This document shows positions 1-11,949 of a stretch of 64,000 nt of DNA, one piece after another. The DNA lies in NCBI GenBank assembly GCA_973895155.1, contig OZ316895.1:4591181-4655180 (forward strand), given 5' to 3'. Source of the stretch: Marsupella aquatica (lineage: Eukaryota > Plantae > Marchantiophyta). The notes beneath the pieces are model-generated. The model made no database searches. It had not been told where the DNA came from and saw only the letters and a program-made list of their open reading frames with translations. Both the position numbers and the translations under genes were made by a program. Positions within the stretch are counted from its first letter, which is position 1; each line of letters begins with the position of its first letter.

Positions 1-1225
1 AAGAAGTACAAAACTAGGCCCCAGTCGCTGACAGCTCGCAGAGGCTCACGTTCAGGTTGACAAAACAATTGCTGTACTGAGTCCGATGAGTGATGATGAG
101 TGATGGAGTGATGAGCCGCTGAGGTTGAAGAGACATTGAGAATGTAGCCACTGTCGTGTAGAGCTCATCAGAGGCAGGCAGGCAGGCAGCAGGCAGTTCA
201 GGGCCAGCCGCATGAGTGGTTGCCGTACTCCAGCAGGCAAGCGAAAAGCAGAAGCTAAGCGAAGAGCACGATGTACGGGGCGGTGTTCACAGAAGCACAT
301 TCAATACATGTCCAGTTCTGATTCCGGACTGCAAGCGAATCAGTGGGCACCGTAATCCGTGTGGGGGTGTGTCTCTCTGTGTGTCTCTGTCAGTCGGAGT
401 GTGTGCTGGTTGGCCTCCTTTCGCTCGTTTTGTTCCTCTGTCGCGATCCACTTTTGCTCTGCTCTTCCTGAGTGTCTGCTATTTAGATTGATATCTGTAG
501 TGGTCCACTTTTCCTCTGCTCTTGCAGAGTTCCCTATTTAGATTAGCAGAAGCTGTTGATTGATCGTTCGATTGGAGATCTGTCGAGTCGAGACAGACGA
601 TGTTTGTCTTCTCCTGTCGAATGGAGGTTTGTCACAGTGTTCTGTTCTCAGCAGCAGGATCATTGGTAACAGCTCCAGGTCGTAATTCAACGGAGAGGGT
701 TATTGCATGATTCGGCTCGATGAGGGGCCCTGTTGTCAGTTTGTCAGTGGAGTTTGCGAGCTCATGAGTAAGGCAGGGGCATTGAAGGAGAACAACAACA
801 AGAAGAAGAACAACAAGAAGAGAACAGTCAGTTGTCGCATCGTGTTCATCAAGGAGTGATGTCATGCTAGTGTTTGGTAGGACTGGGGGTCTTTGTGGGG
901 GAATGAAGTGGCGTATTGCCAGTCTGATTCGTGGCATGGAGATTCGATTTCCCTCGCCTGTATTCACACTCTAGTAATGGTTGTTCGACTTGGGCTGCCC
1001 AAGGAAGGAAGAGAGCACAAGCTGGAGGAGAGAACGGGAGCTTCACGGTCGAAGTGGAGCGGAGCACATGCTCTCAAGAAGACAATTGCTGTGAATTCAG
1101 CTGGCTTGATGTTGATGGGGCGTACTCTGTAGCATAAAGGGCTCGGCCTCGTGGTGCCTCGATTGCGCGGAGATAAGGAGGAGAAGGGGTGCAATTTGCG
1201 TTTTCCACTCGAAGAACAGCTCTTT

Positions 1226-4200
1226 ATGTGCAAGTGGAAGGTTCGTGCCCGAAAGGGTTCGACTACTATGCCTTCTGACGAAGAAAACATGATTGACCAG
1301 CACCTTGCAGAACTGCAGCTGCTCAATTCGGCAGCTGTGGTTGATGGGGCGGCGAGGATGAATGGAAACTCAGCATCCGGCGAGTTGAGCATGACGAAAT
1401 CAAATGGCCATCCAGCAGCTGCCCCAGGTGACGAGGAAACGATGGGGGAGGAGGAGAAGACCAGTCGTCATGGAGCTAGTAATGCCGACCAGTTGAGCAA
1501 AAACAAGCTTTCTCGTCGTGTCTCACATATCGACAGGTACCTCTCTCTCTCTCTCGCCCTCTTAGTCTCTTGAATTCTCTTCCCAGCTTCTATGGGCAGA
1601 GAACATGACTCTTGTTTGCTTCATGGAAGTCTGTGCAGTGTTGGTCGCGCTGGCCAAGGTTTTGTGGGTCCTTGTGGACTTTAAATTCATTCATTCTCTT
1701 CTCTCCCCTCATGCCCTGTCGACGTTTGTCAACAATTCCGTCCGTAGACGAGTTTCCTGCTGTTAAAGCACGAGAGGATATCGGATACCAGCTCCCTTTA
1801 ATTCTGTCCAAAGATATCCATCTTGGTCTTGGGTTAGAAGCTCTTGGGCATGTGTGCTCGTTGTCCTCTTGCTATGGACTCCTGAAGCTTACTGTACTGA
1901 AGATGCTCTTCGCGGTATCCACAGGCGAATGTATCTCCTCAGTATGACTGCATTACCCATGTACTCTTCCCTCAAATTCTGTACACATTTCTTTGTCATG
2001 TGACATTGACCCTGGTGCCTAGCTAATCCCGTCTAATAGTTTATTCGCTTCTGGTGCTCTTGGGAGAACGTACATTACCTTCCAAGCTCTTCGTAAACTT
2101 AGACATTGCCTTTAATTTCTTGTGTTTTGTCTCCATCTCCGAGGGTAATGTTTGGAAATTACTGGTCTCTTGCCCGTTCCCGGTGGAGGCAACGTACATC
2201 CAGTTTTGCTCTCGGTGTAGTAAGTTTATGTTGGTGACTTGATGCTCGCATGATTTGGAGTGGGTATTTTTTTTATTTCAACAGCATTAACCGACTGATT
2301 GACATTCATAGTTCTAATGAACTCTAACTCAAATATTTCAGTTTATCTCCAGAGGTGGTGAGAGCTCTTCAGTCGACCTTCGGTGGAAAGCTGGATGAGA
2401 TCAGGTCAAGGTTTGGGCCGATTACGCCATCGCCTCCCCCGACACGTCCGCCACCTCGGATTCCAACTCCTCTACCAACTCCACCTTCGTCACCCCCAAT
2501 GCCACATTCACCACCAGAGAAACATACCTGGGTAGAGAGGGTTGCATCACCCCTAAGGCCACCTTCACCGCCCGAGAAATGTACCTTGGTAGAAAAGCTT
2601 GTATCACCCCCATGGCCTCCTTCACCACCCGAGAAACGTACCTCGGTAGAGAAGCTTGTATCACCCCCATGGCCTCCTTCACCACCAGAGAAACGTACCT
2701 CGGTAGAGAAGCTTGCATCACCCCCATGGCCTCCTTCACCACCAGAGAAACGTACCTCGGTAGAGAAGCTTGCATCACCCCCATGGCCTCCTTCACCACC
2801 AGAGAAACTTATCTTGGTAGAGAAGCTTGCATCACCTCCAAGGCCTCCTTCACCACCAGAGAAGCTTACCTTGGTAGAGAAGCATGCATCACCCCCAAGG
2901 CCTCCTTCACCACCAGAGAAACTTATCTTGGTAGAGAAGCTTGCATCACCTCCAAGGCCTCCTTCACCACCAGAGAAGCTTACCTTGGTAGAGAAGCATG
3001 CATCACCCCCAAGGCCTCCTTCACCACCAGAGAAACTCACCTTGGTAGAGAGGCTTGCAGGAAAAGAAGGAGCAAATATGCTGATAGCCTATTTTTCCGC
3101 CATCTTCCTCTCAGGCTTCATTCTTTTGGCAACAGAAGAAGACGACGCGGATGGTAATATTGACAGCGAGGAAGATTTCTGTAGAGTAGTGGGGATTGAA
3201 AGTGGATGTGCTCGTCTGTTTGGTTACATCCTGCCAGTGGTGCTCACGGCCAGTTTCTTCACGGTCGCACTGGTGTTCTTTGTTTTTGACGTCTCCTTCA
3301 GTTTTCTTAACATCCTCACGGCTGCCAAAGTTTTTTTCTTTGAGACGAAGAAGAACAAGTCCACATTGATATCTGGAGAGTATCAGGATGATGGAAGAAA
3401 TGGCTGGACCCGACCCACTGGCGCTCGATTGGTAGTCCTCTTCGTCAGTGACCTTGGCTTCATAGTCGTCTCCAGCGCTTTTCTTTGGATGTCCAAAATC
3501 TCAACTATGGACCCGCTACACGCCATCTGTGAATGGAGGCTTCAATTACTCTGGATGGTGGGTTTGCTGGTCATGGACGTGGTGATCCTGCTCTCAGCCG
3601 TCAAATCATTTAGCGACCCTGGAATTTCCGATGAGAGCATTCACACTGCAGCTAAAAGGGTAGCCATCATTCTCTGTGTTTTACTCGCTTGCACCGCTGC
3701 TATCAACCAAAATTCCGCCCCAGACTCGAAGGAACTCGGACCGTGTGCACGACGAACCCCTCCTGATAATCCGATTCAGACTTTTGAGCCCTTGCAAAAT
3801 GAAGTGCTGCTTCCCAAGTGTGCTGGCAACGATGGACCTGAGTTGTTGCAATGTGAATGGCGGCCCCAAAGTAGAGAAAAAAAGGTTCGACATCTCGACT
3901 GGTGCGAAGCAAATCAGCCATCATGTGATTGGCCTCGAGTTAAACAGATTCAGCTCTATGAACGAAAGGATGTTTGTAGGATAGATTTGCCTCAATGCGA
4001 TTGGCCCTTTATGAAGCAAATCCAACCTTATGAGAACAAGGATCGTTGTGAAGCTGTCGACTTGGTTAAATGCCAGTGGCCTTGGGTCAAGCAGATTCAC
4101 TTGTATGAACACGACGAGCGTTGTCAACCGAAGGACGTGACTCTCCAACAATGTGACTGGCCTTGGTTGAAGCAGATCCAATTGTTTGAGGCCCAGGACC

Positions 4201-4328
4201 GGTGCCCACTGAAGAATCCAGACGAATGCGAATGGCCCTGGGTGAAACAAATTCAGCTTCTCGAACGCAAGGATTCTTCGGCTCCCCTACGTTGTCTCTC
4301 TAGGAAGGCCGGCAACTACACTTTGTAA
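1226..4328 (+). CDS. Uncharacterised multi-pass membrane protein with 19-aa Pro-rich tandem repeats, about 5 TM helices and C-terminal Cys/Trp repeats (2 coding exons)
   Basis: Exon 1 runs from 1226 (or in-frame ATG 1268) to 1536, with donor AG|GTACC. Exon 2 is 2342-4328 after acceptor TTTCAG, with a CTAAC branch-like motif upstream. The phase-2 junction is in frame (...SHID-S-LSPEVVRALQ...). Exon 2 contains the 657-aa ORF 2355-4328. No family recognised. Confidence 0.75.
2508..3059 (+). repeat. Coding 57-bp (19-aa) tandem repeat, about 10 copies
   Basis: Ten SPPEK-x-x-x-VE(K/R)-x-(A/V)-SPP(W/R)PP units, the last one partial; near-identical at DNA level. Confidence 0.95.
3848..4290 (+). repeat. 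Coding Cys-rich repeat of about 24-27 aa, 5 clear copies plus 1 degenerate
   Basis: CDWPRVKQIQLYE, CDWPFMKQIQPYE, CQWPWVKQIHLYE, CDWPWLKQIQLFE and CEWPWVKQIQLLE; the first four are followed 5-6 residues later by a second Cys. Confidence 0.9.
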
Positions 4329-5572
4329 TCATTGAGCACTTTAATGTATCATGTATTAGTCGAACTGAACAACGCCGCAAGCTGCCGAATGCTCCCCTTC
4401 GTGGTAAGCTTACGACAGCTGAGAAGTGAGAAGATCTGGTTCGAGCGACCGTGAGTTTGGACTGGTGTATTAAAAATACATCCACCCATCATCACTTGCA
4501 TTTCCGAGCCTCAGCGAGGTTAACGCATCCCAAGAGCACTGTATTGAAACACGGTATGATATTATGGGTGCATCGGATTTCAGAGTGCGAAGGGGCTGTA
4601 TGGATGCGAACATGACCCAGATGATGGCTGCTGTGTCAACAGGATTTGTCACCCAATCGTTCTGCACAACCCAGTAACTGCTCCGAACGCCTGTTTTCTT
4701 CCAAGCATTTCGCTGGTAACCCGAAGAGAAGGGTTACACTGTAATGTTTGTCTACTACATTTTCTCCTTTGAAGACGAATAATGTACAGTCTGTCTCGGA
4801 CACGTAAGCATAGGGTTCCTGATAATTCTTAATCCTTGAAGCTTCTGTGTCGGATCTCACGGATACATGTGAGAATCGCGCACGGAATTGAAAATTATAT
4901 TGAAAATTTACAAACAGCATGGAACAAAACTTGTTGGTGAGAGGCGATGCTACTGATTGGCTCTAGTCTTTCAAATGCTTTTCTGGCGAGTACTCGAACA
5001 GATATGTACCCAATGGTGTGGCTCAAATTGGAATCCCATGTAGAGTCAGAACAAGAAACGTTTTGGGCAGCAAGTAAGCAGATTGGATACAGGATGCCAT
5101 CAAACGGTAAGCGAAAGCTACTATGTAAGAGTATAGGATACGTAAGTTTTGCTTTGAAGGTCTATAAACAATGAGGCAGATTTTTTCACGAGAAATTCAT
5201 AAAAATCCTCACTTTTTCAGAGCACGCTCCGCTGTTCTCTCGCACTGCTTTTTCAGGTTTCCTCTTGCTACAGCCCAAGTTTGGTATCAAAGTCCACAGT
5301 ACCGCTACCACTGTACTACTGTGTGCCAATCTATTGTACATAGGGCATTTGACAGTATTCCTTGGGAAGGGTTGAAGGGTTGATCAGCAAGTTGGCATGC
5401 TTGCATGGGCAAATTTCCCTCAATATATAATGGTGCCGGCCAAGCGTCAATATGCAAAGCAGTGCATATTGGAAGAAGGTGGGAAAAATGAAAGGAATGA
5501 CAATTGGAATGCGAAACTAAATCAAGGTCATGAAATGATAACCTGGCAAAAGAACTGTCATTACAGCTATGT

Positions 5573-5762
5573 CACTAGCAATTAGTGATTTAGCCTGTCA
5601 ATTCAGCGATGAAGAGCTGGAAATGAATGGAAAGGCAACGACATCTTTCAAGGGAAGAAAAATGACACTAGCAATTAGTGATTTAGTGATTTAGCCTGTG
5701 AATTCAGCGATAAGGAGCTATAAATAAATGGAAATTCAACGACATCTATCAAGGCAAGAAAA
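5573..5762. repeat. Degenerate direct duplication, about 93 bp x2
   Basis: cactagcaattagtgatttag...aattcagcgat...caacgacatct occurs at about 5573 and 5666. Confidence 0.85.
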
Positions 5763-6335
5763 ATAAAAGAGCTGGCCACACTCCATGGAAGCCACGTAGA
5801 GCACCGCGTTTTCGCTCTGAACCTCTACCGACTTACCATCCATCCACAGTAATTCCATCCTGCTCCACTTGGCACCAAAAGCTTACTCGGCCTCTCCCTA
5901 GTCTGCTGGTGGGGAGCGAAGCTACTCTACGCTGCAACCGTAGGTGGGGTGGTAACCAAACTGCAACGTTGTCGAATTCAAGAGTCATGAGGTGATGAGG
6001 GCTCGGGAGGGCCACTAAAAGTGTGAGTTGTTGAACATGACTGGGTACACTCAGCGGCGCTGCCTCATTCCAATATAGTACACTTGTCAGCTGTGTACAG
6101 TTTTCAAGGACAACACTTCTGCACTCTTGCAGCCGCCCATAGCTTACAAGTCCAATTCCGTCCCGCTCTCGCACGAATCCACTACTATACACCGTGCTCC
6201 CCAGTTGTACGCTCTCTCTCTCTCTACATATATACCTCTCTCTGCTCCCGAGGCCAGCCAGCAGGATGATGGATGGATGAATGGAAGGAGGGAATAGGAA
6301 GAACAACAAGGACGGCTCGGTGAAGTCGGTGGCAA

Positions 6336-6429
6336 CAGACAGTGAGGGACGACGAAATTGTCCAGTCTCCACCATATCCGACAGACAGTGAGGGACGACG
6401 AAATTGTCCAGTCTCCACCATATCCGACA
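6336..6429. repeat. 46-bp direct repeat x2
   Basis: cagacagtgagggacgacgaaattgtccagtctccaccatatccga at 6336 and 6382. Confidence 0.9.
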
Positions 6430-6505
6430 TGCCACCAACGTCGACTATTTGCTGTCAGTACCGACGATTCCAATCAGAATGAGAACGCCGCTGCTACGCC
6501 AGGTC

Positions 6506-6732
6506 TGTCTATCACGTAAAGTAGTGCTCATCACCTATCGCGCATTGTATATTAGATATGTCTATCACGAAAAGCAGTGCCCCTCACCGATCGCGCTCTG
6601 TATATTAGATATGTCTATCACGAAAAGCAGTGCCCATCACCGATCGCGCTCTGTATATTAGATATGTCTATCACGAAAAGCAGTGCCCATCACCGATCGC
6701 GCATTGTATATTAGACATCTCCATATCAAAAG
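6506..6732. repeat. 53-bp minisatellite x4
   Basis: tctatcacgaaaagcagtgcccatcaccgatcgcgctctgtatattagatatg units start at 6508, 6561, 6614 and 6667. Confidence 0.92.
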
Positions 6733-8035
6733 TAGGGCCATCGCCGTTCGGGCAATGCATAAACAATTAGAGTGACCAAAGCTGACCAAAGGAATATAAA
6801 GCCCGATGGTCGAGGGGAAAGTTCTGCACATCCCTAAAAAATAATATGAAGCTAGATGGAGGGGGTTCTGTGTCTGCCCATCCCCATGGACTGCAAAGCT
6901 CTGCCTCAAGCTGTATGCCACTTTCGCTTTTGAGTACTCCCCACTTTTGAGGAGCTTTTTTTGTTTGACCTCGATTTCTTCCACTATGTACTGCCTACTC
7001 TTATAACTCGCAGTGTGTAAGATTTTATTTTCTGGAATCACTTCCTCCATTTTCTACTAGAGCAAAAATGATCAAATATTGTAAACCAATTGCCAATAGA
7101 TATTTCACTTTGTGAAGGCCGCACCCAGTAGTTTGGGTCTGAGTAACAAATTAACACTTTTGTGCAGAATGCCCTAAGTAGTGTTGCCATTAGCAATGAA
7201 TTACCAATGGATAAACTAGTTGGAACTGGCTGTGAATAGTCAAGACTTAGTTGATAGGTCACATTTCAGTCATACTTGTAAAGGTGTAACCAGGTCCTGA
7301 GTTTTAAATACTTTTTGTGCTAGTCTATCCGGGCTTTATGTTAAGGTTTTGACTCAACCTTGACTAGGTTAACCAGAGTAAGTTAACCAAAGTGAATATT
7401 AGTTAACTAGACTGTGCATGAAGGGATAACCATCTTTGTATCCCATGGAGAGAGAGCGTTTAGTTGAAAACTTGGTGAGAGAGATAGAGAGAGTTTGGAC
7501 CATGGAACTATATTGATGTACATTTTGTGTTCATAGTGAAGCTTGTGGTGCGACAGTGAAAGTAACCCAGACAAGGGTGAACCATTTATCTTTGAATGTG
7601 TTGGTGTACTCATGTGCTATGTTCGGTGATTATGAGACATCATGTTGACTATTTAGATCTTACACTTCAGAGCAGATGCCTTGGTCCATCCAGACTTTAT
7701 TTTTCTGACCAACTTATAATATCCCAATAAAGTAAACAAATGAATGTGGTGTATGAAAGTTTAGTCTGCCAAGATAATGTGCACAATATGGCTTTTCACA
7801 TTCCATTCATTTCTCTCCTCTACCATGTCATTGTGCTCCACAATTCACAAAAATGGTACTGACAATTAATGGTAAAACCTGGTGGATCACGGCTAGTGAT
7901 GGTTTGAGACTAAATGCTCTTTACAGTGTGAGAGGAAAGTCTATCTAGTCTAAGTGGGAGTCATCCTATTGTTTAAGCCATGTTCAGAGCTTTAGCAAAT
8001 TAGACCACCTTAACCTGGCTAGAGATTGAAATGTT

Positions 8036-8379
8036 TGTTAGATATTGCTCTAGTCTTGTGACTCATGATCTAACCACAGTTAGTCTAACTCGGGTTAGGA
8101 CTTAGCTAATGTTAGCGGTAGTGCTGTTGTGTATATAGCCAGGGCTGATGCCAGACCCTGGTGGAACAAAGGCTCATTGTTATGGAGCTAGTTGAGAGAT
8201 AGGAAGAGCTTGTGCTGTGGATGCTTGGTATGGCCGGTCGGCCTAGAGTGCAGTAAAGCTCTTGTATGTTCCCGTGGACGTAGCCTCATGTGGAGGTGAA
8301 CCACGTATCTCTCTGTGTCGACTCTTGTGCGTTGGATGGTTCATGGGCTTGCCGTTACGAATGTCGTCTATGCTCAACA
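8036..8379 (+). mobile_element. Solo LTR (344 bp), probably Ty1/Copia
   Basis: Starts TGTTAG and ends CAACA. Flanked by identical 5-bp ATGTT (8031-8035 and 8380-8384). Contains a TATATA box and the CCCGTGGACGTAG...GAACCACGTA motif I recall from plant copia LTRs. Confidence 0.8.
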
Positions 8380-9904
8380 ATGTTCCAAGGAAAATAAGTG
8401 CAAGTCTGGAGTGCCATGGGTATGCACCTACCCTTTTGATAATGCAAGTTTTAGTTTCTTATAATTGCCTTACATCCAAATTTACCATGTTAGATTTCAT
8501 TTGTCTACTAAAGTCTTGTACCTCTCAACTCAAGGAAATCCAAAAATTAATGTAACTTTAAGAGAAAGCCTAGCATGTTTTGATGTAAAAAAAGTTGATC
8601 AAAACCAAGTTATGTGTTTTTTTTTTAATATTGGGTCTACAGCCAAACTAGCCAGCTTTTTAGGATTTTGTTAAAATTATAAAATATTTTTAATAAAAAT
8701 TACAATGTGTTTGGGAATTTGTTTAATTTTATGTGGAAAGGGAAGAAAACCTAACCTTTTATTTGACTTCAAAATTATTTAAAGTGGAAGGAGGAAGGTT
8801 TTGTTTTTTTTGTACTTTGTATAGCCAACTTTTTACTTCATATAAAAATGTAGACCCCTACCTATTATACAAGAATTGCATACCCGGGGAGTGCAAGGCT
8901 GTTGCAGCACAATGCCCTCAACAGCCTCAGGAGAGCAATGCATGTTTGATTTCTAAAATGTATTTTAAAAGTTAGAACAAGGCTCAATGCATTGTAGAGC
9001 CCTGCTGTCGAGAGTTCACCTAGAGGAATTAATGAAGCTCAAGCACAACACCTCAATCAGGGCCTCAGTCAGGCATTCATTTGGGAGAACACTCGCTCAT
9101 GCAAGGTCAAGAATCTTACAGGGCAGAAGGTTTGGGATGGAGATCCTATACACTCTTAGTATCACTCCAGCACTAGAAATATTTTGCTGAGTCTTTCTCT
9201 TCAAAGCCTAGTCTTTCGTTTTCAAAGAAAGTCATGGAAGCAATAATTAATTAAGGACTCAACAACGCTCAGTGTACATCTGAAGAGTGTCTGATTGAAA
9301 GAGGGAAACAGGGGAATTAAAAGAGGAAGAGGAACCCACTTGACAAAAGGGAATGTTTGAAGGCAGGTAACAGAACCGCTCAGTGAAGGGAAGCAGGTGA
9401 AGAAAACTCAAACTCTGCTTGGAGGAAAACAAGCACAGAAAAATTGAAAATAATTTTGGCTGTTTGGAATTAATATTCACTAATCTTCTCTTCCAAGGTG
9501 ACTCAAAACTACATTAGATGGCTAGGATTGAGCCAGCATGCCACATACTTGGGAAGGAAATCCTTTGGCAATTCAAAGGTGGGTTAATCATCTGGCAGGC
9601 ACAATGGCGGGCCCATATAGTCCATTGATGCATTTTCATTTGGCCCAGGTGTCACCCTGGCATATTAGTCAATTACTTATTGACACGGCAGATTAGTATT
9701 TTCCACTAGCTTATGTGCAGCTTAGAAAATCTCAAAGTAGTAATTTGCACTAAGTAGCTTCTCTGGCATTGTAGGAAACCTCAGTGATAAGTAAATGGAC
9801 GTTTGTTCCATTGTGCCATTCACTTGGGTCTCCCTTTGATAACCTTGTGACTCCTTCCAAGTAGTTTTATTCCATTGTGTTGTCAAGTGGGTCTCCTTTC
9901 CCTG

Positions 9905-10046
9905 ACGGTACCTAATCGCACATCAAAATGTGGTAATATATAGTTTGCACTCACTGATTTAAAGAAAATAACATACAAGATTTATCATGGTATGGAATGA
10001 TGTTGTACACCGTATATGTCATATTTTGATGTGTAGTTACCGGGAC
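9905..10046. mobile_element. Degenerate MITE, same family as 31316-31577
   Basis: Termini taatcgcacatcaaaa ... ttttgatgtgtagtta are imperfect inverted repeats. The internal atcatggtatggaatgat block is shared with the 31.3 kb copy. Confidence 0.65.
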
Positions 10047-10623
10047 ACATCTCCTTTGGGATAACCAGGCAACTCTATTCAAGGCATTTTTCAGTTAGTA
10101 CCTTTGTACGGGTCTTTGTCCCATCCTTAACTCCGAAAAGGTCAATGTCCAGGGGAGGGAAACAAGCCCACTGTACTTGTGCTTTCTAGCCATCAAGAGT
10201 GTCACAAGAATGGCAAGGGAAAGAAGCCCACTCATCCTTCTGCACTTAGTTTGTAAGATGGCGTTTGTTAGCTGAGCATTCCAAGAATATGAAATCATGA
10301 ACTCTTCCTTTATATGTTCATTGAAAGGTGATGGGCAATAACCCGGGTTTGAGCTGACGGGCCAAATGACTCATATTCCTCTTTATTCCCAGGTGGTCCT
10401 GAATTCTCTCGAACCCCTTCCTGGCCCAGTCCCTGGCTCCCCTGGACTCCCCCTGTTTAGCGAAACGGTCCCCAGTTTGGGGTCGGGTCGGGGTCGGGAC
10501 CGGGCAGTCCAGACGACCGGGTGCCCGCAGTGATGGGTGACGGGGTCCAGACCCCTGATTTGCCCATCAAGGCCACTGGTGTGGATCAAGGCCACTATTA
10601 CTCTCTACACAATTTTCCATTCA

Positions 10624-10880
10624 GCTTTTTATTAACATGTCCCCTAAACTACCCAATATTATTAACATGTCCCCCAAACAAAATTGATTATCAACCTGTC
10701 CCCCATATTGTATTTGGGTTAATATTAACTTGTCTATGGGTTCCCATACCAATGGCAATGGGAACCCATAGACAAGTTAATATTAACCCAAATACAAAAT
10801 AGGGGACATGTTGATAATTAATTTTGTTTTGGGGGCACTTTAGCAATAATGGGTAATTTTGGGGACACGTTAGTAAAAAG
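10624..10880. mobile_element. Foldback/MITE-like near-perfect palindrome (about 257 bp)
   Basis: Perfect 40-bp inner stem, 10708-10747 vs 10758-10797, with a 10-nt loop. Imperfect pairing extends to about 10624/10880. Confidence 0.8.
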
Positions 10881-11949
10881 ATGCATTCCCTTATTCACTC
10901 GTCAGATTTATGGCACTCTTCCCGGACCATGGCCTGTAACCCCCTCCGCTGGCCTCCCTGATTACAGCCCATAAGCCCGTAGAGGGTGTGGGTTACCTAC
11001 ACAACATCACTAGTAAGTGAAGGAACCAATGATTTGAGTCATGGGTGGGCTGAAGACACACTTGTGATTTGGAGCCTCCGAACTCTCTCCAATAAATTCC
11101 AACAGAGAATCGATACCGTGCTGCCGAAAATCCACTTGCTTGTGCTGTGGATGAATATGCATGTCGGAAACTCCCTCCATGATTGTGTACAGGCAGGGGT
11201 TTTCACACGAAGTCTATGGACAGGTAGATCTTCTTGCTACAACAGGAGGCTGCCTTGAAGTCATCAATGTGAACATAATGCTATGCTGCCAACATCATTT
11301 GGCGAGTGTAGCCGTAGCTCACACGGTCTCAGCGCACGATGAATACCTTTTTTTGCCTCTAATCACAGGTTCACCAATTTTCTGATACTTGTAGGTATAA
11401 GAGAGCCCCATTTTCCGTCTACATGCGGACCAGGTGGGAGCAGGTTCCAACTCCAGATCAATATGAAGTTCTACATCACATAGTGAGCTATTCTTGAGCT
11501 ATTGCATCTGGTAGGTTGAAAGGCAGTAAATCCGAGTTTGCCACATATCACAGGTCCGGAAGAAACCAGTCTTACAAGTTGGCCTTATCTCACGTAAGGG
11601 AGGCCAAATAAATCAATTTAATTTATGATCGAATTAACAAGAATGGCCAAAGCTTGCACTTTCCCCGCCATCTTGTGTCGTTCATTCTCAATTTTCCACA
11701 GCAAGGAAATATTTGCTTTTAATTCTGAATCTTAGTATACTGACTGCTACCACATCAAATGCTCCTGAGTAATGACATACTATTTCAATTTTAAATGGGT
11801 GGAGGCTGTATCATGCAAACATAGCCCATTGTAAGGTGGATTTCTCTGCAACAGCTACAGCCTGGGAGTGCTCTCGATGGTGATCTCCTCATCATAGTGA
11901 AAATAGTCTGCTTCAAAGTTGCCCAATGGTTGTATTTAGGCAGGAGCAA

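Noticed and set aside
2285-2327. Alternative acceptor (ttcaacag at 2284) for the orphan gene
   Set aside because: Joining it to the phase-2 donor at 1536 hits a TAA at about 2325; the acceptor at 2341 keeps the frame.
2369-3157. Long alternative-frame and antisense ORFs (223, 192 and 125 aa)
   Set aside because: These are shadows of the 57-bp coding repeat, which lacks stops in several frames.
5833-7050. Minus-strand ORFs of 201 and 130 aa
   Set aside because: They overlap tandem duplications and microsatellites and show no family motifs.
8890-9600. Possible decayed LINE coding fragment
   Set aside because: No diagnostic RT or endonuclease motif could be read with confidence.
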